64,000 bases of DNA. Source: a virus. A program made the translations under genes and the position numbers. Every line of letters begins with the position of its first letter. Position 1 is the stretch's first letter. Where the stretch lies: positions 32,001-96,000 of IMG/VR virus record IMGVR_UViG_3300002307_000021. One strand, written 5' to 3'. Positions 9,949 to 18,598 of this stretch are shown in pieces. The notes under the pieces are model-generated. The model was not told where the DNA came from, ran no database searches, and saw only the letters and a list, made by a program, of their open reading frames with translations.

Positions 9949-10030
9949 AGTCTTTTCTGATAAATAATAGTGTAGTTCACGATACTGGTAATATCCAACT
10001 ACCCTAATACTGTTAAGGAGTATCAGCTTT

Positions 10031-10657
10031 ATGTTATTTATCACAAACAAATATACCACCTGGTATAATAATATTATCACACAAGCACAACTTAGATCGC
10101 TGCCAATTAATGTTTATTTTGAAAAACATCATATTATTCCTAAATCAATGGGAGGTAACAATGCTAAAGATAACCTTGTTGGTCTAACCGCAAGAGAGCA
10201 TTTTATCTGTCATTGGCTACTAACTAAAATGACAACAGGCGAAGCAAAACATAAAATGATATATGCAGCTTGGTCTATGGTAAGAAAAGGTAGAGGACAA
10301 GAACGCTACAAGATGACAAGTAGGACTTATGAGTCATTAAGAAAACAACTCTCTGAAACTAAACGAGGAAGAACACCTTGGAACAAAGGAAAAACACATT
10401 CAGCAGAAACAAGAGCAAAAATGTCTGCAGACAGGAAAGGTAGAACGCCGTGGAATAAAGGATTAGGCGGAACTTATGAGTTTAGCGACGAAGCTAAACA
10501 AAAAATGTCTACAGCACAAAAAGGAAGAGTGTTCTCAGATGAACATAGACTTAAATTGTCACTTGTTCAAAAAGGTAAACCTAAGTCAGAAGAAACAAAA
10601 AGAAAGTTATCAGAAGCCATCAAAGCAAAACACGCCGCTAAACAGCAAGGAAAATAA
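10031..10657 (+). mobile_element. free-standing HNH homing endonuclease with NUMOD3 repeats, opposite to operon direction
   Basis: EKHHIIPKSMGG..NLVGLTAREHFICHWLL; PWNKG and HSAETRAKMS repeats; late promoter GATAAATA 9959-9966; AAGGAG SD. Confidence 0.92.
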
Positions 10658-10658
10658 T

Positions 10659-10739
10659 TGCTCACTTTTGGCATCCCTCCAGGCCAGCAGCCGGCCACAC
10701 CAAAACCGCTACGGATAGCGGGCCTAAGGTAGGTGTTCT
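10659..10739 (+). ncRNA. candidate structured ncRNA made of rRNA-like segments (decoding-centre mimic); strand uncertain
   Basis: GC-rich island in AT-rich DNA; GCCAGCAGCCG, GCCGGCCACACC and CGGGCCTAAGGTAG segments; stems GGCC/GGCC, ACACC/GGTGT, CCGCTA/TAGCGG. Confidence 0.6.
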
Positions 10740-10838
10740 TTACGACAGTATTACAGTAAACACAATAAACCAAGACCAAGCAACAAGTCCAACTACTATG
10801 GTCAATGGTAAATTGTCAAAAGTAAGATATTCTTTCAT
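10740..10838 (-). CDS. 32 aa single-pass membrane peptide
   Basis: MKEYLTFDNLPLTIVVGLVAWSWFIVFTVILS*, starting 1 nt after the upstream stop; below the track cut-off. Confidence 0.55.
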   Translation of the reverse strand: MKEYLTFDNLPLTIVVGLVAWSWFIVFTVILS

Positions 10839-10839
10839 G

Positions 10840-11184
10840 TTAGTTTAACTCTACAATAGGCATATACAAGTTTCTTGCACCTGGTTCTTCACGCATTACT
10901 GTATTTACAAATAGGGTATTAGTGTTATCACCATTGGGTGTATATACACAGCCTAGGTCAACCCATAATTCGTTATCACGTAAGCGGAATTTTTGCTTGC
11001 CCAATACAGATTCTAATTTTGGTGCCATTTCAGGTGATACAGCCATATCTAACATTCTAGTAACATAACTCCAAGGTATGCCACGCTCTTGCGCACGATC
11101 CTGTACGTGATCGCTGACTCTTAAAATTAAGTTACCAAGTTTGCGTCTTATCAACGCTTCGGTTAAAAGTTCTTCTATTCTCAT
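10840..11184 (-). CDS. putative BECR/RelE-like ribonuclease-fold internal protein
   Basis: MRIEELLTE N-terminus; SDHVQDRAQERGI helix and C-terminal VNTVMR strand, as in DUF4258-like RNases. Confidence 0.5.
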   Translation of the reverse strand: MRIEELLTEALIRRKLGNLILRVSDHVQDRAQERGIPWSYVTRMLDMAVSPEMAPKLESVLGKQKFRLRDNELWVDLGCVYTPNGDNTNTLFVNTVMREEPGARNLYMPIVELN

Positions 11185-11185
11185 A

Positions 11186-12520
11186 TTAGTGTATGGCGTA
11201 TTCTGTACGCTTACCTTCTTTATTTGTGTACAGCAGACTAACGTCCCATACACCTTCACGACGTTTAATGTAGATGTGATCTCTAATCCATCCCGGAACA
11301 CCGCCATCGCCATCTCTGCTGCGCATATTTTTTACTATACTATTGCTGACAACAGTATCAAGGTCGCTAACATCCAGGGTTGAACCATATTCGTTTTCTT
11401 CTTCAACAGCAAGTTCACGAACTTCAGATGGAGTTAGATCTACAGCATTAGTAATGTTGTGAATAAAATTAGCTACGTCATAGTTCCAATCTGTATAAGA
11501 TACATCAGCGGCATGGACAGCATCCCAGTCAATTTGACCTTCATCTTCGTGCCCTTCTGGATACACATAGCCTTCACTGCGTAGGTAATCCCACCAGTAG
11601 TCATCTTGGCTTTCCCAATCGCTGGCCATTTCATTAACGTGATCAGTTACAGCCGTGTTGATTTTGTCAATTAACGGTTTTAATACTTCGTCTGGTGTAA
11701 ACACTAGCCAATCATTGATTGCTGGTTCACGTTCACGGAAGAACGATACTAGATCACCAAAACGTGTAGTCAGTAACTCAACAATGTTATCTACACTATT
11801 ATCACCTTCATCCATAAACTGATTACTTTGGAAGTGTAGTTGATACTTTTCGCCTTCGTGTTTTGGTTTCTTAGGTAGTAAGATATACAAGTTGCCGTCT
11901 TTAGCATAGCGACTGTACATATTATTTTCACGAGCCGCTGTACACCAACGTGTACCTTGACCGTAGTAGCAAGCGGCTTCTTCATTGTAGGGAACAATAA
12001 TACGCACTGCTTCGTTATCAAATACAGTTTCGCTAGAACCTTTGTCTACAGTTTTTGCGGCACCCTGTTCTTCTTTATCGGATAATGCTTGTAGTAATCC
12101 CGGATTAGCGGCTAGGTATTCTACATCACTAAACGTTAGTCTACCAATATCACGTTGTTCTGGTGGAAGTATTTGTTTAGTTTTAAATTCATGATACATC
12201 TTAAGCGCACTATTACCACGACTTAGAATATCTTCTAATTTGACACCTTGGTTAGCATAGACTTTAGCTAGCCATTGTACATATTCTTTATTTTTAGTAG
12301 GGTCACTGTCTTCGAGTGATGACATGATACCATTGACTATCTGTCTGTACATTTCAGGTGCTATTTCAGCAACTGGTTTACCTTCAATAAACTCTTGAGA
12401 CTTAGCTACCCAAGCTAGGCCATAGCTTTTATCTTTTTGAAATGCGGCGATAAGTTTGTTGCCAAATACATTAGCAGTCTTTTCTCTGCTGTATTCTATT
12501 AAAAAGTCTCTAGCTCTCAT
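11186..12520 (-). CDS. putative internal head protein (TRWCTA, PcfJ-like domain)
   Basis: MRARDFLIE start; DPTKNKEYVQWL and AACYYGQGTRWCTA motifs; acidic C-terminus. Confidence 0.6.
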   Translation of the reverse strand: MRARDFLIEYSREKTANVFGNKLIAAFQKDKSYGLAWVAKSQEFIEGKPVAEIAPEMYRQIVNGIMSSLEDSDPTKNKEYVQWLAKVYANQGVKLEDILSRGNSALKMYHEFKTKQILPPEQRDIGRLTFSDVEYLAANPGLLQALSDKEEQGAAKTVDKGSSETVFDNEAVRIIVPYNEEAACYYGQGTRWCTAARENNMYSRYAKDGNLYILLPKKPKHEGEKYQLHFQSNQFMDEGDNSVDNIVELLTTRFGDLVSFFREREPAINDWLVFTPDEVLKPLIDKINTAVTDHVNEMASDWESQDDYWWDYLRSEGYVYPEGHEDEGQIDWDAVHAADVSYTDWNYDVANFIHNITNAVDLTPSEVRELAVEEENEYGSTLDVSDLDTVVSNSIVKNMRSRDGDGGVPGWIRDHIYIKRREGVWDVSLLYTNKEGKRTEYAIH

Positions 12521-13220
12521 CTTGTTCATCCAAACTTAATTCTTGATCAACTTTTTGTTGTCTGGCATTATATAGTCGTTCAATGAACTTTTTATTACGT
12601 ATGATTTTGTATGCTAAATTCTCTGTACTAAACTCTCCTGCGCGGTCTAGTCCAGCTTGACGCATGTCTTTGATTTTATCTGTTAGTTTATCTAAATCCT
12701 CAGCACTACCAGCTTTGATAGCACGTGTAATCTGAGTCATTAGATCTCTGGCCTTGGCATTAACTGCACGGTCATTGATGCTTGGTTCTTCATGCTCCGG
12801 AGTATCAATCCATTTATTATCTAATACGCTGAACATACCTGCTGATACATTGTGTGCATCTTTGTCCTCTACGTATAGTTCTACTTCGTGACCTTTGATC
12901 ATAATGTCGTGTTCGTCATTCCAAATCTTTTTCTTAGCCATATAAAATGGTTCAGTAATATCACTGTCTAATAGGGCATAGTCTGTAACTATGTGTAGGT
13001 CAAAGTCACTGTAGGCAGTGTAGTTATAGTTAACCAAACTACCGCGTAGGATAACATCTAATAGTTTGAAGTTAGGTACATCAAGATAATCAACAAAACG
13101 CTGTGCGATTTCTAAAAGTTTGTAGCGTACATCTATACGCAGTTCAGTGCCGTTCCATACCTCTTGATTTAACTCATCGTGATAGGCTATGTTGCCTTTG
13201 ACTAGATCTTTTGCTCTCAT
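12510..13220 (-). CDS. Pol-beta superfamily nucleotidyltransferase
   Basis: GSLVNYNY..SDFDLH and VELYV. Confidence 0.85.
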   Translation of the reverse strand: MRAKDLVKGNIAYHDELNQEVWNGTELRIDVRYKLLEIAQRFVDYLDVPNFKLLDVILRGSLVNYNYTAYSDFDLHIVTDYALLDSDITEPFYMAKKKIWNDEHDIMIKGHEVELYVEDKDAHNVSAGMFSVLDNKWIDTPEHEEPSINDRAVNAKARDLMTQITRAIKAGSAEDLDKLTDKIKDMRQAGLDRAGEFSTENLAYKIIRNKKFIERLYNARQQKVDQELSLDEQDES

Positions 13221-14236
13221 TAAAATAAACCTTTAACCATATCCAACCCTTGTTGGATTTTGATTCTATCTTGTTCTGCACGAGCCTGTGCTTCTGGTGT
13301 TGCGGCTTTATCGCGCTTTTTACCTTGCATATCAATTATTGCTTTTTCTTCGTAACGTTGTACAAACTTTTGTAGGAAGTCTTGTGCTGATGAAAATTGA
13401 GCTAGGTCACCATGCCCAAACATACCGTTGGCTTCACAGCTGGCCGCAAATCCTTTTACACCGTTTACTAATTTACTTATCTTAACATCATTTATATCAT
13501 TTCCTGGGAACTGTGATAGTAATGAGTCAACTTTAGGATTCTGTACACCTAGTTGTTTAGCTTCATAGTTAAAGATATCAGAGATAAATGTTTCTGGGTT
13601 AGTAGTTACTGTGACTAACTCAGTGCCTTTTTGTTTGCTAAATGGTACATGCTGTCCATCTACTACTTTTAACTGTACACCAGCATGCTGTATGCTTATA
13701 TCAAGTAGTTCACCTAGTACGCTGAACATATTACCATGTAATAGTCCTTTAACACCACGCTCGGGTGTAACACGGCTAGCACCCCATTGTGATAGACGTT
13801 CTGGGTGCCACATAAAATCAATTTGTACGTAGTCTGTAGGACCTACTTTAAAAATAGGATGTCCTGGCTTGCTTTCTGTAGTGTCTACATAAGGCGCATG
13901 ACCTGCACGTACAAACTCATCTGCTAGTTTATTCCAATGCGCAGTAAACTGTCCCTGTGTTAGTCCTTCTACTTCTGGAGCAATCATCTGTAGGTCAATA
14001 TCACCGTAGATTTTTTCTGGATCTTCAGCCGAGTCTGCTTCATGATGGGCACTTGAACCAGTTGGGCGACCACGTTTAATTGGACCTTGTCCTTGTGTGG
14101 CTAATTGTTTATTAAAATCAGCCACAAACTGATCAACAACACCTAGAGCTACTTTAACTATACGTGGATGCAGTACTGTGCCTTGCGTAAGAGTAGTGTC
14201 CCAACCACCCTCAAAGATAAAATCACGGGCTCGCAT
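13220..14236 (-). CDS. Pol-beta superfamily nucleotidyltransferase-like protein
   Basis: TGSS...YGDIDLQ...YVQIDFM. Confidence 0.75.
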   Translation of the reverse strand: MRARDFIFEGGWDTTLTQGTVLHPRIVKVALGVVDQFVADFNKQLATQGQGPIKRGRPTGSSAHHEADSAEDPEKIYGDIDLQMIAPEVEGLTQGQFTAHWNKLADEFVRAGHAPYVDTTESKPGHPIFKVGPTDYVQIDFMWHPERLSQWGASRVTPERGVKGLLHGNMFSVLGELLDISIQHAGVQLKVVDGQHVPFSKQKGTELVTVTTNPETFISDIFNYEAKQLGVQNPKVDSLLSQFPGNDINDVKISKLVNGVKGFAASCEANGMFGHGDLAQFSSAQDFLQKFVQRYEEKAIIDMQGKKRDKAATPEAQARAEQDRIKIQQGLDMVKGLF

Positions 14237-14967
14237 TACTTGTTAGCCCACTGTCTAAACCAAGCACCGGTACCAGGTAATGCCATACCAGCATCTTCTG
14301 GTAACTGTACATTTTCTCTACCTAGCGTTTCACGTGCATCTTTAACTAACTGTTCGTAGTCTGGATTATTCTTAATTTTATTAATAATTGTTTCCACTGA
14401 TACTATATCTTTTGGTGTTCCGTTGAGCAGTTTTTTAGCAATTTCGGCTGGGTTTTTGGTGATAATTTCGTTAGTTTCACGGTCTACGAGGCCGTTTTTA
14501 TACGACCATTTCATTCCTAATGCTTTGGCAATACTAGCCAATAGAATATGACGATGCATGCCTTTATAAGGACTGCCTTCTGGACTGCCTGTCATACTAA
14601 AGCGTTGGAACTCTGGCTCACCAAACATAAAGTCTGTTTGTACATAGCCGTTAGCTTTATCGCCAAGGATAGGTGTTTTTAAGTGTACGCTATCACCTGT
14701 TTTCTTCATGTCGGTGCTGGGTATGCCTTTAGACATTAACTGTTGGATTAGTACATCTTTGCTGATCTTACTAGCATCAACAGCTAGATCCAAATCACCA
14801 CTTGATTCTTTCTTACCAGTTGTGCCTAGCATGTTGTCTACTAGATTAAGACCAGTCAACTGTTCTAACCATTGTACAGTAGGAACTACGTTGTCACGTG
14901 TAATACGTCCTGTTGCTGGTTTGCCATCTGCAAGTTTAAAAACATTACCGCCTTCTTTTAATATCAT
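14236..14967 (-). CDS. Pol-beta superfamily nucleotidyltransferase-like protein
   Basis: LGTTGKKESSGDLDLAV...YVQTDFM. Confidence 0.8.
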   Translation of the reverse strand: MILKEGGNVFKLADGKPATGRITRDNVVPTVQWLEQLTGLNLVDNMLGTTGKKESSGDLDLAVDASKISKDVLIQQLMSKGIPSTDMKKTGDSVHLKTPILGDKANGYVQTDFMFGEPEFQRFSMTGSPEGSPYKGMHRHILLASIAKALGMKWSYKNGLVDRETNEIITKNPAEIAKKLLNGTPKDIVSVETIINKIKNNPDYEQLVKDARETLGRENVQLPEDAGMALPGTGAWFRQWANK

Positions 14968-15503
14968 TTTCCGTATGCCTTTGCTAATTCGTCAGCTACC
15001 ATTTGTAAACTATCCTCGTCGGCTTGATACTTAATACCAATACCTCCCCTTGCTCTCCATGCTACAATATTAGTACCGCGATCATCAATTAAGATGTTAG
15101 GGCTACCATCTGAATTAGTAGCATGTTGTTCTTTGCGGCCTGTGATAATGATTTCTGCAGGTTTAATACTTAAGTTCTTTTTAATCCATTCTTTCTTCCA
15201 ATGTCCGCTATTAGCATGGTCTCCACGTAGTGGACTTGAACAAATATCGTATGTAGGTGTGTATTGTAATACTAGTTTGATCAATGCATCTGCTGTAGGA
15301 AATTTAGGAAGTCTAAAGAAAAAATCTGTACCTATCATTTTGTCCAATGTAGGGTCAGCTTTGGCTGGCGGAATATCTCTATAGCTACCTGATTTAACTC
15401 CAGCTAATTTTGCGTACTCTGCAAAGAAATCACACAAAACTCCATCCATGTCTAGGTAGATTTTAGTGTTTTCAGTTGCTCCAGTTAGTTCGTTTGCTCT
15501 CAT
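14964..15503 (-). CDS. HAD-family 5'(3')-deoxyribonucleotidase-like phosphatase
   Basis: YLDMDGVL, SSP, K, LIDD HAD motifs. Confidence 0.9.
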   Translation of the reverse strand: MRANELTGATENTKIYLDMDGVLCDFFAEYAKLAGVKSGSYRDIPPAKADPTLDKMIGTDFFFRLPKFPTADALIKLVLQYTPTYDICSSPLRGDHANSGHWKKEWIKKNLSIKPAEIIITGRKEQHATNSDGSPNILIDDRGTNIVAWRARGGIGIKYQADEDSLQMVADELAKAYGK

Positions 15504-15510
15504 GATTTAG

Positions 15511-15518
15511 TATTTATC
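15511..15518 (-). promoter_or_regulatory. T4-type late promoter
   Basis: GATAAATA 7 nt upstream of the ATG at 15503. Confidence 0.7.
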
Positions 15519-15536
15519 GTAGTTGTAATTTACAGT

Positions 15537-15565
15537 ATTATAAGCTATTTTGGATTAAAAGTCAA
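15537..15565 (-). promoter_or_regulatory. sigma70-type promoter
   Basis: TTGACT-17 nt-TATAAT. Confidence 0.8.
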
Positions 15566-15566
15566 T

Positions 15567-15593
15567 AAAAAACCGCCACTTGGGCGGTTTTTT
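15567..15593. terminator. intrinsic terminator, potentially bidirectional
   Basis: AAAAAACCGCC-ACTTG-GGCGGTTTTTT. Confidence 0.85.
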
Positions 15594-15605
15594 GGTTTGG
15601 ACCAA

Positions 15606-16313
15606 TTACTTAGGTAGGTTAAATTTGATACCTGTTGCAGCTTCAATCTTGTCTACTGTAACAGCATACTTAGGTAAGTCTGCTACAGGTAATGCTGTGT
15701 TAGGCATTAACCATGCTGTAACTTTTTTGCTGTTCTTTTCGTATACAATCTTGTATAAACGTGTAGGAATGCCTAGACCACTACCAATCTTTTGATAACC
15801 TTGATCCCAAATACCTCCATTAATGATGTAGTAGTCAGTACCGGGAGCAAGTGCCCATTGACGTTCAAATGTTTCTGCTTGTTTCCAAATACCACGGTTG
15901 TTATTAGCAACTTGTGGAACCATATTTGACAAGTTAAAACTTTCACTCATGATATCATCATTTTGTGTGTTGTTACCTGCTGGACTCATATGACCACGGT
16001 CATGTGTTTTACCAACAATAGCGTAGTCAGCTAATGTAGCTGAACATGCTGGTGTTACACTAGCATCAGGGTGGAAATTATCTTTGCGTTTTGCTGGACC
16101 TTTTTCCGCCGCAGGTGTTAGGTGCTCAAATACTGCTTCTGGTGCTTTAACATCACAACGATGAATTACAGCATAGTTTTTGTGACATAATTCTTGGTCA
16201 CCTGCTTTTGCTGTGTATGTCGGTAATGCTACTTCAAATTGTGAACAATCTTTTAAACCTGCCCACGCACTTGTTGATGCTAATAATGCTACTACTAGTA
16301 ATACTTTTTTCAT
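15606..16313 (-). CDS. exported DNA/RNA non-specific endonuclease (NucA/EndoG family)
   Basis: Signal peptide ending SAWA; DRGH, NMVPQ and NRGIW motifs. Confidence 0.92.
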   Translation of the reverse strand: MKKVLLVVALLASTSAWAGLKDCSQFEVALPTYTAKAGDQELCHKNYAVIHRCDVKAPEAVFEHLTPAAEKGPAKRKDNFHPDASVTPACSATLADYAIVGKTHDRGHMSPAGNNTQNDDIMSESFNLSNMVPQVANNNRGIWKQAETFERQWALAPGTDYYIINGGIWDQGYQKIGSGLGIPTRLYKIVYEKNSKKVTAWLMPNTALPVADLPKYAVTVDKIEAATGIKFNLPK

Positions 16314-16351
16314 TGAAAAACTCCTTTAAATGTTTAAAATACTTATCTTAT

Positions 16352-18022
16352 TTATACTTTAGTTGGTGCGATTGTGGTATTGCTTAATAATGGTTTCCAA
16401 ACACCTGCGTCTTTGATGTAGATCATTTCTGCTGGTTTCCATCCACCTTCGCTAGTTATTATTGTAGTAGCATTTTCGGTATAGACAAACGTAACTGAGC
16501 CAGGGCCACCGTTACCGCCACTTGCAGCACCACCATTTGTTCCAGTGTTGAGAGACCCACCACCTGGAACCAAACTCTGACCTGTAATACCAGAATATGC
16601 ACCGCTGTCACCACCTACTGTTGCACCACCTGCGCCACCATAAGGATATCCAGCACCACCTGCGCCACCACCACCACCGTCACCTGATTTGTTAGTACCA
16701 GGTAATCCTACAGGAGTTGAATTGTATGTAGCAGATGCTTGCCCTAATCCCACAGGGCCGTTACCTGCACCACCACCACCACCGCCACCTGCAGCTACTA
16801 ATAAAGTTGAACCGTTTAATAAAATGCTGGTTGCGGCACCGCCACCGCCACCGCCACCAGATGAGCCACTACCACCGGCATTGCCGCCAAGACCACCATT
16901 ATAAATTCCTGCTGGGTCTGTACCTCCAAGACCACCTGTTGCTCCGCCTGTTCCGTCAAGACCACCTTTACCCCCAGTACCTATATTAATGGTAAGTTTA
17001 TCTCCTGGGGTCACTGAAACCGTATACGACACTACTGCTCCCGGATACCCGGCATGTCCTGCTGCTCCGGCATCATTACCACCAGCCCCGCCACCAGCAC
17101 CTAAGGCTGTTATGGCAATGCTAGTTACTCTTGCTGGTACAGTGAATACTGTAGTGCCAGAGGTAAACACGTTAGATTTTATGCTAGCCGGTACACTACT
17201 TGTTACTGAGGTTGTTGGGGTTTTATAAAATACGTTGCTGATGGTAGTCCATGTTCCGGATTGTTTGTTCAGTATTTGTACTGTACGAGTAAATGTCATT
17301 TTTGCATAGCCAGCATAACCTGCATCACCGTAGCGTTGTCCTGCTATTACATTGCCTGAACTTGTACCGGATCCGTTGATTAGTTGACTAGGAATTTCTA
17401 AAGCATAGTTTTGACCGCCACTACCGCCTTCCCCACCTTGTCCGTCATCGCCGTATGAAGTCCCAGTCAGCCCGCCTTTGTATCCACCACCGCCACCACC
17501 ACCTACTCCACAACCGCCAGCATTTGATTGGCCAACAGTAGTACTAGTTAATCCAGAATATACTCCGCCTGGTAATCCGGCAGTTGCACCTCCACTACCA
17601 TCATCGCCATAACCACCGCCACCGCCGCCACCAGCGGCTACTGCTTTAATTGTACTATTAACGACTATAGCTGATGCGGCACCGCCGCCACCTGATCCGC
17701 CACTGTCGCCATCTTCGTCACTTGTTGATGCACCTGATCCGCCTGCAAATCTACCATCGTTAAAAGAACTACCAGCACCGCCACCAGTTGCACCAGACGC
17801 ACTAACACCCGGGCTACCTACGCCAATATGAACAACATCACCGCTACTAATAGTTGTATACGTAGAAACATAACCACCACCTCCAGCACCTGCACCAGAC
17901 CCACCACCGCCACCTGCTCCCCAAAGTTCTACGTGTACATTAGAACTAAAGCCAATTGGCATAGTAAACTGATATTCTCCTATACTAGGAAAGGTAACTT
18001 GATATATGGTTGATGTAGTCAT
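16352..18022 (-). CDS. glycine-rich virion/tail-fibre-associated protein
   Basis: Two Gly-rich domains, each opened by a WGAGGGG/LGAGGGAG motif. Confidence 0.75.
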   Translation of the reverse strand: MTTSTIYQVTFPSIGEYQFTMPIGFSSNVHVELWGAGGGGGSGAGAGGGGYVSTYTTISSGDVVHIGVGSPGVSASGATGGGAGSSFNDGRFAGGSGASTSDEDGDSGGSGGGGAASAIVVNSTIKAVAAGGGGGGGYGDDGSGGATAGLPGGVYSGLTSTTVGQSNAGGCGVGGGGGGGYKGGLTGTSYGDDGQGGEGGSGGQNYALEIPSQLINGSGTSSGNVIAGQRYGDAGYAGYAKMTFTRTVQILNKQSGTWTTISNVFYKTPTTSVTSSVPASIKSNVFTSGTTVFTVPARVTSIAITALGAGGGAGGNDAGAAGHAGYPGAVVSYTVSVTPGDKLTINIGTGGKGGLDGTGGATGGLGGTDPAGIYNGGLGGNAGGSGSSGGGGGGGAATSILLNGSTLLVAAGGGGGGGAGNGPVGLGQASATYNSTPVGLPGTNKSGDGGGGGAGGAGYPYGGAGGATVGGDSGAYSGITGQSLVPGGGSLNTGTNGGAASGGNGGPGSVTFVYTENATTIITSEGGWKPAEMIYIKDAGVWKPLLSNTTIAPTKV

Positions 18023-18024
18023 GC

Positions 18025-18483
18025 TTATATTGCCTTGTGGCTACTCAATGATGTAGCCAGTTGATGTATTTTAGTACTATATTCTTTACCGTGTTGCTTA
18101 CGTAATCGTTCTAAGTTAGCAAAATATTCTTGACGTGCCTTTGGGTCACGTGCTGTTGCTGCAGCTAGCCCTTTAGCAGTAATAGCATCTGACATTTCAT
18201 TACCTTCTGCTTCTGTAGCAATTAAATTACTAACTGACATATCTTCATTTGCGTGTTTAAAATACTGTACTTGACGTTCACGTTTTTCAGCACCAGCACG
18301 AGTAGGATATGTACCTAAATTCTTACCAGTCTTTTTACTAACAAGACGATAGCCATCTTTAACTTTAACAATATGCTCGTTTGTTTGGGCTTGCGAGTGT
18401 TCATTCTCTGAAGCTTTCTTCGTTGCTTGATGGTCTGCATACGAGTCGCCCTCCGGAGAGCTAAAGAATTCGGTTAGTAACAT
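18025..18483 (-). CDS. putative internal head protein
   Basis: MLLTEFF start; KNLGTYPTRAGAEKRERQVQYFK module; late promoter GATAAATA 18515-18522. Confidence 0.65.
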   Translation of the reverse strand: MLLTEFFSSPEGDSYADHQATKKASENEHSQAQTNEHIVKVKDGYRLVSKKTGKNLGTYPTRAGAEKRERQVQYFKHANEDMSVSNLIATEAEGNEMSDAITAKGLAAATARDPKARQEYFANLERLRKQHGKEYSTKIHQLATSLSSHKAI

Positions 18484-18535
18484 ATATCAATTCCGTGTTT
18501 AAACTTATTAAGAGTATTTATCAGATTTAAAACAC

Positions 18536-18564
18536 TTGACAACTTTAGATAAAGAGTGTATAAT
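18536..18564 (+). promoter_or_regulatory. consensus sigma70 promoter
   Basis: TTGACA-17 nt-TATAAT. Confidence 0.88.
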
Positions 18565-18598
18565 AGCTATGTCTTTAATCAACCTAAGAGTAAACTCA

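Noticed and set aside
9949-10080. N-terminal 44 aa of the 1067-aa track ORF (and similar long starts at 11313, 18536, 30966, 31544, 33917, 50295)
   Set aside because: They overlap neighbouring genes or promoters; downstream starts have SD sequences, coupling or the shared leader motif.
10659-10739. True rRNA gene fragment, tRNA or self-cleaving ribozyme
   Set aside because: Matches are short, come from both 16S and 23S and are not collinear with one rRNA; no cloverleaf; I could not fit twister, pistol, HDV or hammerhead cores by eye.
16500-17920. Dense CCA/CCG repeats as a CRISPR array or satellite
   Set aside because: They are glycine codons of the - strand gene; no constant repeat-spacer period.
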